Positions 47,269 to 62,200 of a DNA stretch of 64,000 bases are shown in pieces. Made by a program: the position numbers and the translations under genes. The notes under the pieces are model-generated. The model saw only the letters and a program-made list of their open reading frames with translations. It ran no database searches and was not told where the DNA came from. Where the stretch lies: assembly GCA_964016885.1 (NCBI GenBank), contig OZ024741.1, forward strand, positions 161,758,001 through 161,822,000, in the 5' to 3' direction. This stretch comes from Eledone cirrhosa. Taxonomy: Eukaryota. Each line of letters opens with the position of its first letter. Within the stretch, counting starts at the first letter, position 1.

Positions 47269-50200
47269 GTGAGTAGTAATGTTGCTGTTCACCGTCTTCT
47301 GGTTAGCATTAACAAACAATATGGAGCTTCGATTCGATTTGGCTCACTCTTTATGATTCCTTGTCTCTATAATGACACTGAAGACTTCCCCTCCCTACCA
47401 ATACCAATATCCTCATCCTCCTCATCATCAATGTAGTCACCTTCATAGTTATTATCATTATTACAATTATCATAATTGACCCACGCTTCACCCTAATTAT
47501 CTTCATCACCACCATCGTCAACTACATTAATTTGATAACGACCCAACGTGGGAGCCCCTACGTTGTCGCATTATTTTCTGAAAATTATTAAATTTCTTTC
47601 AAACTATACCATACCATGCTAAAAATGGAAGGTCACATTATATAATGTCGTCCAGTATACAAAACAAGGAACAGGATGGTGGCTGATTTCCTTTGATCAA
47701 TTGAGGCTGACCTGGGGTTAAACAATAGCATTAATTTGGTAAGGAGCAAACAAAGGAACTTCTACGTATGTGCTTTACCAGTTGGAAGTAGCCAAATTCC
47801 CTCAAAATAGACCTCATCTTTTTTTAAAAAAAAAGGGAAGGACACATAGAATAGGACGGAATGGTCGAGGCTAGAACACATTTGATCAATCAAAACTTTC
47901 CTATCCATGAAATATTACCATCTCTTCACCTTTATTGTCTCAGTGGGATTTGAACTCGACAAGGATTCTGATGTTCTTAACATACAAACCAGTACATGCT
48001 ATAATTTTTGTTTAACCATAGGTCATCCTTAATCGAGAAGATTTTTTAATAAAAGCATTCTAGCTGTGGTCATCTCGTTTTTCCACCTGTGTATAGAGAA
48101 CCTAGGACCATGTTTATTAATCAGTGCCCTTTTCTTTAATCTTTAATTTAAGTATAATTTAAAGAAAGATGGCTGTTATTTCTAGTAGTTCAAATGACCA
48201 CATAGAGGCTTTTTCACTTACCGAGTGAGTTAAATACGTTGAACAACTATCGAAGATAATCATCCGAATGCAACCAGAGTTTTATCATGCATCTTTAATA
48301 TTACTGGTAGATTGACAAGGATTTGTAAAAGGACTTGCTGCAAAAGGACTAGTTGCGTAACTTTATGTTCTAAGTTCAGATTCTGATAATATCGGACTAA
48401 TTTCACCCATCTAGGGTCGATAAAATAAGTACTAACTCAGAAGTAGTTCCGAGTTGATAAGATCGATTATACCCACGAGCCCCCATGCTCTGTTTTAGAA
48501 ATCATTCATGCCAATAAAATAAAATATATATTTTTTAATGAGGGAGAACTTGGGTGTGTACGTAGAGGAGTGTTGTTTAGTCACAGGTAGTCAGCCTTGA
48601 TCGAATAGATTTGTGATCAAAGGTATTCCAGTCGTGACTATTCTGTCTAATTTTAATTTTAAGTCTGCACTTCACTACCTCTAGTTCCAACCCTACCCTA
48701 AAAACAAAAACCTTTTAAACATTGCTCCTAATTTGTTAATTTTACAACCCTAATCGTTACACTTATTGAGATCCCCCCCTCAGCGATTTATGCATGCGTG
48801 CATGTGCACTTAACTCCTAGTGGAGTTGTAGGGGTACCATAGTGACAAATAGCATGTCTTGGTCATTTAAAACCTAGCAGAGCTCATCTACTCTGCAGGT
48901 CTGAACATCGATGATTTCTTCCAGAGAAGAAGTGAGGGTGGAAGTGAGAAAGATATAAAGGAAGAATCAATCCCAGTACTTGAACCGGTACTTTTTTTTC
49001 GACCTCAAAAGGATGAAAGGCTCAATTGACCTCAAAAGGATTTGAACTCAGAGTGCAGGGAGCCGAAACAAATACCACAAAGCATTCTATTTGACATTCT
49101 AATGACTCTGCCAATTCACCACCTAATTGGGATAGGTTTAATTAATGGTATACACCCCAACATTTGTGACCTGCTAATATTAGAAATCAGTGTTTCAAGT
49201 GCAATCATCCTTCTGGGGACGATAAAATAGTACCGGTCAAATACTGGAGATAGATTTAATTCAGACGTTTTCAACCATTGTGCTGCAGCTTGCAGGTGGT
49301 CAACAAAGATTTTAGGGTGGCAGAAAGTACCTAGATATTTATAAAACTTAAATATTTTTAAGGCAATACACCAGTGCATGTGTATTCTTTTATAGCAAAG
49401 TGCAATGTATGTGCCCATTTCTGTTCTTGTGTTTTAAAACAATTTTAATATTCTATAGTTATGTAGTTAAGGAGTTTGCTTCACAAGCATGTGGTGTCAG
49501 GAACAGACACATAGCAGAGCATGCTGGGTAAGTGTCTTCTGTTACAGTCTCAGGTTGATCAACCTGAGTGTGACAGAACCCCGCAATGCCATTTAGTTAG
49601 CCATAATTTAACACAAAATATAGCAATACAACTGAACATATTGTATAATCCATATAATTCTAACAACAAATATCTTTTATATTTGATACAATTCTATATA
49701 TTTCAGAAATGGCATCTTGCAACACTTTTGGATTTTTCCGCTTACTGACTCGACGTTTGGTGTTGTCTCAGTGTTATATATGCCACTCTATCTCACAAAC
49801 TTTGTATTGCTCACGCTTGATATCACAGCAACGACCCAGGGGTGGGGCTAGGCCTCTCACTGATCCCAATAATGTATTTAACCACAATAATTGGTAAGGG
49901 TGTTTGCTGTCTTTCTCTATATCCTTCTCTCTCTCCCACATTCTCACTTTTTGCTGTTTCTAGCTAGCTGTCTCCTTTGCTTCCTTCCCATTGTTGCTTT
50001 AGCATTTTTCTGTTTTCTCATCATCATTCCCTGTCTTCCTCTTCGCCTTCTCTCTCTTTATCCCTTTTTTCATAGCTTAGTGAGAGGGGAAAGGGTAGCC
50101 CTCTGGCCTAATGATGGAAGACCTCTGTAACTGGTGTGGGGAAAGGGTGGAAGAAACCATAATTCATGGGTTGTTGCAATAGAAAACATCTTATCAGTAT

Positions 50201-53200
50201 ACAGTTTTACTCAAATTGAAGACCTGAGCCAAATACTTGCAATAGAGTTGATTTTGATAAAAGGTTGTAAGAGCCAGTAGATTGTGTTAAACTGGGAGAC
50301 AGGTTAAGTCCTCCACCCAACAACAAATACAGTCCATCTCACAGGCTTTCACTCAGTTTCCCCTTACCCAATATTACTTATAAGGACTCTTGCACAAGAA
50401 AACCTTTTTCTTTTTATCCTTTTACTTCTCCGTACTAAACCCTCTATCATTCCTTTTCCCCTCTTCTTTGTGTAATTTCCCCTCTCTCTCTATCTCTCAA
50501 ATATTTGGTGTGCATGTTACTTTCATATCCCCTTTCTAAACACTGTATATCTTATGAGTGCATTTTGTTAGGTAGAGACTGGGCAGAACCCTGCAACATA
50601 TGTGTATGTTAGCGCATATGTGTGTTTTGCAAGGAAAATGAATACTGCAAGCCAGCCATTATGAGGAAGAAGAATGATCTAAGATGGGAAGGGATCTATG
50701 ATGTCTCAGTTGACCTGGGCAGAAAATATCACTTCCTCCTTTTTACCACCTAAAGACCTAACCTCATCATGTGGTGCAAGGAAAAGAAGGAGGTGGACAT
50801 CAGTGATGCATTTGACAGGAAATTCAGAAAGTATAGAGAGTTGGTTGAACTCTGCAAAAACAATGGATGGGAGGCATCATATCTTCTTGTGAAGGTAGAT
50901 GTTGACTTGTTGCTCAAGGACCTTATACTAGCTGCAAAGGAAAGAAAACACCTTGCATGGAAATTATTGAAGGCTGCTGAGAGAGTGAGTCACTACATCT
51001 GGTTCAAGAGAAGACAGATACAATGAAGGGCATTCATCAAATATCAGACTCAATTTTGTGCTGTTGTGTAGGAGTTTTTTTGCTTACATATGTGTGGCAT
51101 AGGAAGTAGTCTGTATTGACTTCTGCATTCAGAGACAGAATACAGCTACACCCACACATGTTTATCTCAAGTATATGTGTATGTGCTTGTGTGTGTGTTT
51201 ATATTATTTGCTGATGTTTAAATCAGTGAGAAAGCCAGTAAACCAATATTTTCAAGCAAAAAATAGTTTGTATTTGTTATGTTTAAACTGCACAGACACA
51301 CTCTAATTACTATTTCTATCATAAATGCAGTGAATCAATCATTAAAACTTGTAACCAATGATGCTATCATCATCATCACCGTTTAATACCCATTTTCCAT
51401 GCTTGCATGGGTTAGATGAGTAATCCACATCATGAGATAAGTCATATTGGCCATGCTGTACCTTGCTCTGATGCGACTGTAAATTTGGATGGGATTTTTA
51501 TAGCTGGATGTCCTTCCTAGCACCAACCACATTTACAGTGTGAAACTGGATGGCACCGTTATGAATTGGGATAAGCCACTTGGCTGTACCATATCTTGCC
51601 CTGCTCACAGCAGAACTATAGTTTGGGAGCTAGGTGGTCCCACTATGAGAGGTCTGGTCAGTTGGCTGCGCCAAGTTTTACATATAGTGGAGCTGTGTTA
51701 CTAGGAAGTCTTGCCAGGTATCCACGCTGTACCTTACACAATATCGGGATTGTTGCTGTGATTTGGATTTGGAATCATTATGAGGGAGGTCTGGCAAGTT
51801 GGCTACACCAAGCCTTACTCATAGTGGAGCCATGGTGACACTTATGAGGAGGGCCTGGCCAAGTTGGCTGCACCGTACTCTGCCCACATCAGAACCATAA
51901 TTTGGGATCTGGGTAGTCCCACTAAGAGGGAAGTTGGGCCAGTTGGCCACGCCAAGCCTTACTCATAAAGGAGCCGTGTTACAGAGTAGTCCCAATATGA
52001 GCCAAGTCTGGCCAGATGGCTGCGCCATACCTTGCACATATTGGGACTGCTACTGTATTTTGGGATCTGGGTGGTCTCATTATGAGGGTAGTCTGACCAG
52101 GTCGCCCCACCAAACCTTGTTCATAGTGGGCCCTGGGTGGAGCCATTATGAGGAGGATCTGGCTAGTTGGCCGCACCATATCCCACGCACATTGGAACCA
52201 TAATTTGGGATCTGGGTGGTCCCACTATGAGGCAGGATGGGCCAGTTGGCTGTGCTAAGCCTTACTCATAAAGGAGCCATGGTACTGGGTGGTCCTGCCG
52301 TCAACCATGTTTACAGTGTGCTTCTGGGTGGCACTGTTATGAGCAGGGTCCAGGGTTGAGTTGCTGACATGGGCCTTTTGTCGTACGTTGTATTGCCAGA
52401 GGTCTCAGTCATGTGTCATCTCTGCTGGAAGGTTCAGCTGAGCCAGGTCAGCCTTTATCGTTACATCTCGCATCTTCCTGGGTCTTCCTCTTTTGGGGCG
52501 TCCTACAACATCTAGTGCCCTGCACTTTTTTTATACCGCTGTCATCCTTCATGTGCATCACATGTCCATACCACTGCAATCTTCTCTCTTGCACACAGTA
52601 CGTGATCCCTCTTATGCTCAGTTTTGCTCTCACTTCATTTACACTTTGCCATTCAGGCACACTACTGTTACACATCTATCTGAGAATGCAGGTTTCATTT
52701 CTTTCCAAACTCCATAGATACTCGATATGCAGAGCCCATGTTTCACTTCCATGTAGCATTGCTGTGTGCACACAGGCATTGTACAGCTTGATCTTGAGTG
52801 AGAGGCTTTTTGTAGCTAACAAGGACAGTAGCTTTTTCCATCCCGTTATTACACTGGCAACTGTACTTTCTGCGCAACCACCTCTGCTGCTGATTTGGTT
52901 ATCCAGGTAGCAGAAGGTGTTAACTAGTTCTATGGGGTCTTCTGTGCAATTGAAAGAGCATGCAACCTGAGGGTCTTTGCTTATTACTGCTGTGCAGGGT
53001 CCACATATGAAGTCTGTGTTTTTTACTAGCCTCCCTGTTTTCCCACTATATCTCTTGTGTACCCACAGTTTGCATTTGGACACCAAATTAAGTTCCTGCC
53101 TACTCCTTTCCTGTATACCGAGCAGGGCCATTTTCCTGAAGGGATCAGAGCCCTGTTTTGTTTTCTGCTCACTAGGATTTTGGTTTTTGCCAGGTTGATT

Positions 53201-56200
53201 TTAAAGCCTTTTAATTGCAGGTTGTGCCTCCATGTCTGAAATTTCTTCTCTAATTCTGTCATAGAATTGGCTAAAAGAGTCAGGTCGTCAGTGTATATGA
53301 GTTCCCATGGGCAACCAGTCTTAAATTCCTCTGGTATAACCGGTAGGACAATAATGATGAGAAGGAGGCTAAGGATGGAACCCTGGTGAACCCCCACCTG
53401 TACACTTAATTCCTCACTGTACTTATTATTGATTCTAACTTTGTTGGGGGCTTGTACTGCCCTTACGAACCATTCATCTACCCCTTGTTTTCTGAGGGCC
53501 CACAAAATTATGGGTCTCTGTCAAAAGCTTTCTCTAGGTCCATGAATGCTAAGTACAGCGGCTTGCTTTTAGCCAGGTACTTCTGCATTTGCTTCACAAG
53601 GAAGAGGGCCTTGGTGGTGCTTTCTCTCGGCACATATATAAAATAAAATGTCTGTTTTATCATAAACAACAGAATGCATTTGTGTATGTGTGGTGGGAGG
53701 AACAATCTATGGCATGTGTATATTATGTGTGTATGTGGAGGGAGAGAAAGAGCAATCCTTGGCATATGTATGTGTGTGGCAAGAGTGAGAGCAGTCCATG
53801 GCATGTGTATGTGTGTGGTGAGAGAGAGAGAGAGAGAGCAGTCCATGGCATGTGTATGTGTGTGGTGAGAGAGAGAGAGAGAGCAGTCCATGGCATGTGT
53901 ATATTATGTGTGTATGTGGAGGGAGAGAAAGAGCAATCCTTGGCATATGTATGTGTGTGGCGAGAGAGAACAGTCCATGGCATGTGTATGTGTGTGGATA
54001 GAAAGAGAGAGCAGTCAATGGCATATGTATGTGTGGGGAAAGAGAGAAAGGACAGTCCATGGTATGTGTTTGGCGAGAGAAAGAGAGAGCAGTCCGTGAC
54101 ATGCTGCCAAGCAATGCTGTGTATGAAACAAGTCACAACCTATATCCATTAATCATTGATCATTGTACCAATAACAATTTATGCTTGCGAAGCAAGGAAA
54201 AAGACCTGCAGAATCTATAGAACTGCAGATTTTTTCCATAGTTAGGATTTCTTGATGTGATCACATCATGAATAAAGGTCTTAGAAAAGATGAGGCTGAA
54301 TAATCTAGAGCCATTAAGTACCTCTCTTGAGTAGAAACCAGAAAAGTGAATGAAGTATTTGGACAGCACATATATCATATGGAACCAACTACATACAAAA
54401 GTCGTTTCTTTGATGTGCTATATTTTCTTTTTTCTTCAGTTCTTTTTACTCCCTATGAAGCATTGGACGAAAGAAAAATCCCCATTCTACATGGTTGCAT
54501 GCTCTGAGATGGGCCTGAATTACATGGGATTAAGCTATAGCACATGGAGCTATACTATAACTATAGTACACACAGCTAAAGCATAGTGCATAGAGATTAT
54601 ACTACAACACATGAAGTCAGCTAGTGTTCCCTTGAATATTAAGTATAATAAGTAAAACTCACTCGAAGTACTGGTACTAGTCAAAAATACACTACAGGAA
54701 TTTTGTACTGGAACAATCCTAGAGCCCTTGCCCTTCCCATCATTTTCCGTTTTTAAATATCTGTAGTGTTGTTATTTGAAATAGATTTGTTTATGATTTT
54801 TACAAATTTTTATTAATAAAACATATTTAGCTGATAGAGAAAAACGGAGAGAAAAAGGTTTTCAAAATACAGCCCAATTTTATATATAGATGTTCTATAT
54901 TGATTTTGCATATGTTGTAAGAAAGTCAGGAGGAATATACTTTATTATATATATCTTAGTTGAGGGTGGTGGATTGACAGAATTGGTAGTGTCGGACAAA
55001 ATGCCTTTGTGTATTTGTTTTGGTTCCTTACATCTGAGTTCAAATCCCACTATGGTCAACTTTGTCTTTCATCCTTCTAAGGTCTATAAAATGAAGTACC
55101 AGTTAACTTTCCTCTTCCTTTAAAATGCTGGTCTTATGCCTAAATCTGAAATCAGTATATATATATACTCTTTTACCTGTTCCAACCATCCGGCTGAGGC
55201 CATGCTGGGGCACTGCCATTGTTGCTACACATTCTATCTCCAGCCTGTGTTGGCTGGCCATTAGTGCAAGAGGGAGTTTGTTGCTGCTGCCCTTAGGTTA
55301 CCTTCGGACCGTGCTGTGGGCTCATCTGTGATCCTCCATAGCAGAGTGTCGAGATGTTTCTTGAAAACATCCACGTCCACACCATGCAGATCTCTCAAAT
55401 CCCTGCGAAGGGATTTATATATATTAATTGGATGCTAGGTTTAACACACCACTCTGTTTAACACAAGTACCTGGTTTTAGGGTGCTTTTTTAGCAGAGTT
55501 CATTGTGTTACATATTTGAACCAGACCCACCTTACTCCACCAGTTACTATTCCATGCCTCCATTGACCTATAGATATTCAGGCAGGACACTGTCCACACC
55601 AGTCTTCCCTGTTGCAGAGGATGGTCTACAGCAAAAGCCATGGACATTCACCTTTTGGCTAATATATAAAAAATGTTTATCTTGCTGTTGTTAATAGGTA
55701 GCAGTTGATTCTGGAATTTTGTGTGGGATCAATCAATTTCCTTTCGAGGAAGGAGTTTACCTCTCACCTATTAATGCTCTGAAAATCAGATGTGCCAACA
55801 AGGGAACTTACATGCTGTTGCTCAACCTTCTAGAAATAACAGCCAAATTTCCCTCAAATTAGCTTCATCCCATCTTGAAAATGGAGGTGCATATTGACTA
55901 ATATAATTCTGATACCATTTCAATGTCTAGCAGATTGACAGGATGGTCATGGCTGGAATACTCTGATCATAAGGACTGATTTCTGGTTAAACAATAACAG
56001 CATGAAATGCGTTACTCACTGACCATTTAAAAGCTTTATGAGAATCTTAAGAACATTTCTATTTTTATTTTACTGGCACAACATATGAAGGTGGAGAGTG
56101 GAATGTGTTTTTTTCTTTGTTGTTAATTGCTTATGAAATAATTTACATTTGTTTTTGCTTTTTTTATACCCAGGGATAATGTGACCTGGGATGAATCACA

Positions 56201-59200
56201 AGAATCTGAGGCTCGGCGTATTACTGAAGAACAGGCTGCTGTTCTTGTGTCGTTTGAGAAGCAAGGTAAGATAAGAAGCTTCATTCATAATAAACTGCTC
56301 ATCATCGTCATCATCACCACCACCACCATGTTTACCAGTTGCTTGATAGCTCTTACCATTAATCAACATTATACTCAAACTCATCTCTGCCCATGTTTTT
56401 CCTACAACCATCACCTTGCAGCTGTTCCAGATGATAATTAATCTCATCAATCAAACTGATCTTGGAAGGCCTATGAAACCCATGGCTACAGCCACTTCCT
56501 TCTGGCAAAACCATTAAAGTAACTGGTTTAAAATAGGTTCGCTGTATCCTTGTATGTCATGAAGGGCATCTGATTGTAAAACAGTGCCTTATGCCAGCAT
56601 GAAAAAGTTGATGTGAAGACGACAATGATGATGAGCCTTACCACTATATTGATATAACACATGACCATATTAATTGCAGAAAAAGTGTAAAACCTAAATG
56701 GTTGAGTGGGTAAGGTATTGAACTACTGAGTCCAAATCTACTGCAGGCATTTTCCTGTTTGTGTGCATTTGTACAGTATATGTAATTCTACACAGATCAC
56801 TTGGAAATATTACCTAAAATAGACTCGTATGTTATATTATACATGCTTAAGATTTAACACTGACCTGCTTAAACCCACAAATAAAACCTTAAAACACTAC
56901 ATTTATGGGACCTTTCTGATATTGGGAAAAGTTCATTTCTCTGGTGCTCATACTACCAACTATCCCTCTACATCTGACAGACAAAGTCTACCTTTTCTTT
57001 TAGCCTGCCTGCTTTTGCACTACACCTCTTGTCCACCCATATTTTACATTGTGTATATCATATAGAATTTCTACCTACTCCTTTTCTGCATAATGAGCAG
57101 GGCTACTTCCTTAATAGAATCAGAAGCTCCTCTTCTTTTGTATTTATTAAAACTTTGGTCTTTGCTAAGTTTACTCAGCCTTTTCCATTTTAAGTTCTGT
57201 TTCCTTAACAGGATTTTCTGTAGCTTTTCCAGATTCAGCTATAAGAACCAGATCATCAACATACAGAAGTTCCCAAGGACAGCCAGCCTTAAATTCTTGT
57301 TATGGCCTGGAGAACTATAATAAACAAGAATTGGGCTGAGGACAGAGCCTTGATGAACACCTATCTGCACATTGAATTCCTCATTAAACTCATTAACTAC
57401 TCTCACTTACTGACAGAATCTGTACATAGCTTGTGCTGCTCTCACAAACCATTCATCTACGTCCAGCTTCTTTAGGGCCCATCAGATAGTAGATCATTAA
57501 TTCTCTCAAAGTCCTTCTCGAGATCTATAAAAGCTAGGTATAGCAACTTGCACTTAGCTAGGAATTTCTCTTGTAGTTGTCTCACTAAGAAGCTAAGAAG
57601 AGAGAGCATCTGTGATGCTCCTTCTTAGTACAGAACCAAACTGCATCTCATCTAATTTGACTCGTTTCTGAATTAGTTGTGCTAACACTTTTTCTATCAT
57701 TTTCATAACTTGATAACTTGATCCATCAGTTTTATTCCTGTGTAGTTACTCCTTTCTACAGCATCACATTTTCCTTTGTAATATTGAGTAGAGCACCATC
57801 ATGTATAACCTGATTCACTATACACTTGACTAGCTCAAATCCTACTTCAGATGATTTCAACATCTCAGCAACTATCTTTGGCAGTCCAGCAGCTTCACTG
57901 TTTTCATCTTGTTGAGATTATTGAGGGTAGTCACTCTCTCTATGTATTTATACTTGTTTATATCTTACCTTTTTTAATTTCATTTTTTATCTTTTAATCA
58001 GTTGAATATGAAGACAAAGCGTATGAGTTCTGGGACCATTTTTACCAGTTACACCTGGATAGATTCTTCAAAGATCGACACTGGCTCTTCACGGAGTTTC
58101 CCGAGTTGGCTCCTGAAGTAAAACACAAGCTACCAAACTCCCATCATCCAAACAGTCGATCAGGGTCAGAATGTGAATCAGATCAAGAACCAGAATTAGA
58201 AGTTGAATCTGAATCTTGTTCCAGTTCTAACCAGTGTAATATAGTGCAAGAAGATGAGCAGGAGGGAGAATGTGAAGCCACTGGTGACCAGGAGCAACAT
58301 GTGAATGAAGTTGAGGCATCACAAGCTTCCAATACCTCCACTGTGATACCTCAAGTGACAGTGAATGAAGAAGTGCTTGACGCTAACAAAAGCTATAGAT
58401 TATTTGAAGTATGTTTCTTGTTGCTTTATTTCTTCCTTCTTTACCTCCTCTCTCTCTTTTCCTTTTCTTTCTTTTTTCTCCTTTTTCTTCGGTGTCATCT
58501 TGCTTCTAACTGAGATATAGTTATGTAGGATGATCCTAGTGGTTGTTCTTTAGCCTCAGGTCAGCCTTGATTATTCAGACTTATGATCCAAAGCATTCAA
58601 GATATGACCTTCATCTCAATTTTTAAGACAGTAGGACATGATTGAGGACATTTGGTTACTACCTTAAGTAAGTTGAACAAATATGTAGAGGCTCCTACAT
58701 GGCTTCTGACCCTACTGCAGAATCTTTTGCTAGCATTGTTTTTAGAGATCTCAGAACTTGCAAACATCTTTGCTAGCATAGGATGTCTTTTCATGGACCT
58801 CGGACTCAGTACTGCTTCCATGTTTTTATTGGTATTAGATAGATAAGAAGCAAATTTATTTCTAGATTAGATGCCATCTGGTCACTGGTAGGTATCATTT
58901 TCAACTTGCTATATGTCTTATATTCCTTGTATTTCTGATATTGTGCAAAAGAGTGAGGTGATATTTGCAGACAATTGCCATCACACCTCAAATGAAGCTG
59001 TGTCTCCTTTAGTACTTTGGAAACCAGCATCTATCAAAAGACAAAGAGGTTGCAAGCTCTCCTATCCAGATGTCACAGCCAGAGACTCTGGTATTAATGT
59101 TAGGGATCTAAGCAATGCAGTGAGTGACAGATATACATGAAGATCTATTGTGTATTTCAGCTGAGGCTGCAGGATGATGCTGAGATGTCTGATATGAGAT

Positions 59201-62200
59201 CCAAGTGTATGTGGATTTAGTAAGCAGAGTGTTCCATTGAAATATTTTCCTTCAGCCCTGTTGGTATTTATAATCAGCAACACTACATTTCTTCTATTTA
59301 CTGATCATTTCCGAATCTTACCAACTGAAGTGAATAATGCTGTACTGAGAGGATCTAATAAGATTGAAACATGTCTGATACTTTCACCAGTTAGCATTAA
59401 AGACAAGATACACTCCCATACTACATTGAATATATTTTCAAAAAATTTCAGTTATTTGAATTTATTTACATCATCTCCCTTGTTTATTATTTTTGGATTT
59501 TAATCAACCCTAGAGAGAGCTTTTCTTGACTAATTGCATGGATAATCTCAATTAATCAATGTTTTTCAATCACTATTTTACATGTGAGATGCTACCTTAA
59601 TGTTTCCTGTGTATTTCTCTCTCTCTATATATATATATACAGTTAAGAGGTAAAATCCCAACAGCCTTTTATTGTGGCACCAGCACTGCTACTTTACAAA
59701 GTCGGCTGAGTGCATTTTATATCATAGCACTAGCACTGCAATTTTACAGAATGGGCTGAGTACATTTTATTATGGTAGCAACACTAGAGCATTCATTGCA
59801 GCCTCACCATGATTTGAAAGGTAGTAATGAGAGTGGGGAGGCAAGCTACATGCTTCTTGCCGAGAGAATGGGAGGAGGAATCATCTCTACAATGGAAGGT
59901 GGAGGAGGAGAATAAACATTGGGTTATGGAGATGGTCTTGGAGAGAGTGAGGGGCATCTGGCAGTACATGTGGGGTGTGGTTGTCTTTTCATGCTGGCAT
60001 GGGCTGAATGAGGAAGTGGAATTAAGGATGTGAGGGAGTAGGTATTGGGTCACAGTTGTGGAGATAGTGAATGACATTTGGCAGGACATTGTGGAGTGTG
60101 TCCATCTTTCTATACTGGCATGAGCTGGATGAGGTAGGTCAAATCAAGCTTATGTTCAGCTTTTTTCTCTCAGTTCATTGTTGCTTCATTCTTCACACAC
60201 ACTACTGCAACAGATTAATCGGAGCATGCTCTCCACATTTCTTTCCAATTTTTGTAGTTCCTCTAAGTTCAGGGCCCAAATCTCACATCCATGTAGTTTC
60301 AGTTTGCACACAGGCATCATACAATCTGCCTTTCACTTTTAGAGCGAGGCCCTTTGTAGCTAGCATAGGTAGTAGTTCCTTGAACCCGTTCTACTCAGTT
60401 CTCACTCTGGGCTACTGTTCTTTCAGAACACCCACACCTGTTGCTAATCATTGTTTCCATTACTACTGATGTTATAGCTTATACAAGTTGATTGATTTCT
60501 ATTAAATCCAGATTTCTCCTCATTAGGGCTCTGATTTCGAAGTTTGACAGTTTCCTTGACTTTCTATTGTTTCGTGATTTTGGCTGATGAAACCCATTTC
60601 TATATTAGAGTTTCTTTGATGGTTTCCTACTTCCACATTGGAAGTGGGAAACCATCTTCATCAAGCTCTTCACCTTGATTTTATAAGGATTTTGTCTTGG
60701 GCATTTGTTTCTCTTTGCTCAATATCTTGATCTGTATCAATTGTTTCACTTTAATCTTTAGCCCGCTAGAATTTTTTATGAATTACTTCTCTTGACACTG
60801 TATTATGTATTAAGGGGAGATTACTCTATTGTCGCAATTTGTTGCTGGCAGCATGTTAAAAGTTAATTAGTGGTGTTATTTCTTTTTTCTTTGCTGATGA
60901 CCATTATTATTATGGCTATTGCTAGAATTATATATATATTAATTATTATTATATCAGAAATCATCATTCTCATTGTTAAATCATTGTGCTTTTAATTTTG
61001 TATATTTTTCATGCTATAAAATGATCCTTATCATTTTCTTTTGTTTCCTCTCCAGGTTGGCTGTGGTGCAGGCAACACAGTTTTCCCAGTCTTAAAAACC
61101 AATAAGTAAGTTTTATAAACCCATCAGTGTTTTAATATTTGTTTTATCATTTTTTATTTTATTTTGGTATGTACAACATAATGCCACTTTTCTGCAATAC
61201 AGTGTATACTATACTGCATTGTATAGTACAGCATTATGATTTCTTTTATCAATTCTACACCACCTTATCTTTGAAGCCCAATATCCTGAGATCTGGCACA
61301 TCTCTGTCATTCAACACTGTCTATTTTACCAACACTTTTTTTACCTGGAGCATCAGCTTTCATTAAGCCCCATTTTGTCTGTGTTTACAAGTCATAACCC
61401 AATGTCTGAAAGAAAGAAAGATTCTTTGAATAATGTTATCCTCCATTTGCAAAAAGATAGTTAATCATGACTTGAATTCCTAGAAAATATGGGGCATTTG
61501 TGCTTCAGAAAAAATTACTATTTTAGCCTTACTAAGTTTTAACTATGATATAAAAATATTCACTAAGCAACATTAAATTTAATACCTTTGTAACCCTATT
61601 TCTCTTGAAATACACTGTTTATGTGTTTTAATTAATTTTGAAAATAATCAATAATTCGAAAGGATTTAGTCTAATAGCTAACGTTTTAATTCATTGATAT
61701 AATTAAGATGGTATTTGGAACAAAACAAAAGGTTGTTACATAAAATATATGATGGAATGTTTTGATTTAAATACAAATTGTTTAAAATAAATTGTTTTGC
61801 ATCATATAATTTAAAGTGTTGTTGGAAGTTTTGTGGTGTCTAAGATCAATTTTAAATAGTATGCAGTTATATATCAGTTTATTTCAATCTCTAGTTCAAA
61901 TTTTCCATTAATATTTTGGTGTTAGTATAAGTTTTAAGTTAATGCTTAACTATTAATATTCTCTATCACATAAAACTACATTAGCATGGTATTCTTTAAA
62001 AGTATATAACATCACCATGACTTCATCACATTAAAAAATTTAAATCCTTGGTCTAATATTGCAAATGTTCACAATGATCTGTCCACTAGTAAAGATAATA
62101 TAAATATTTAAATTAACAAATTCATGATGAACCATTAGAATGAAGTTAACCCTTTATGCCATATAGCCAATGAAGGAGCATCTATGTGGCTGCTGAAGCT

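Noticed and set aside
58106-58390. Acidic low-complexity insert in METTL2 as a novelty
   Set aside because: METTL2 orthologues already have a variable linker at this position.
58590-59480. Possible decayed transposase or LINE
   Set aside because: The composition looks coding-like, but I could not recognise any motif.
60580-60660. CTGATGA followed by an 18-bp hairpin and GAAAC as a hammerhead
   Set aside because: The GAAAC is inside the hairpin (60618-60656), and stems I-III cannot be formed convincingly.
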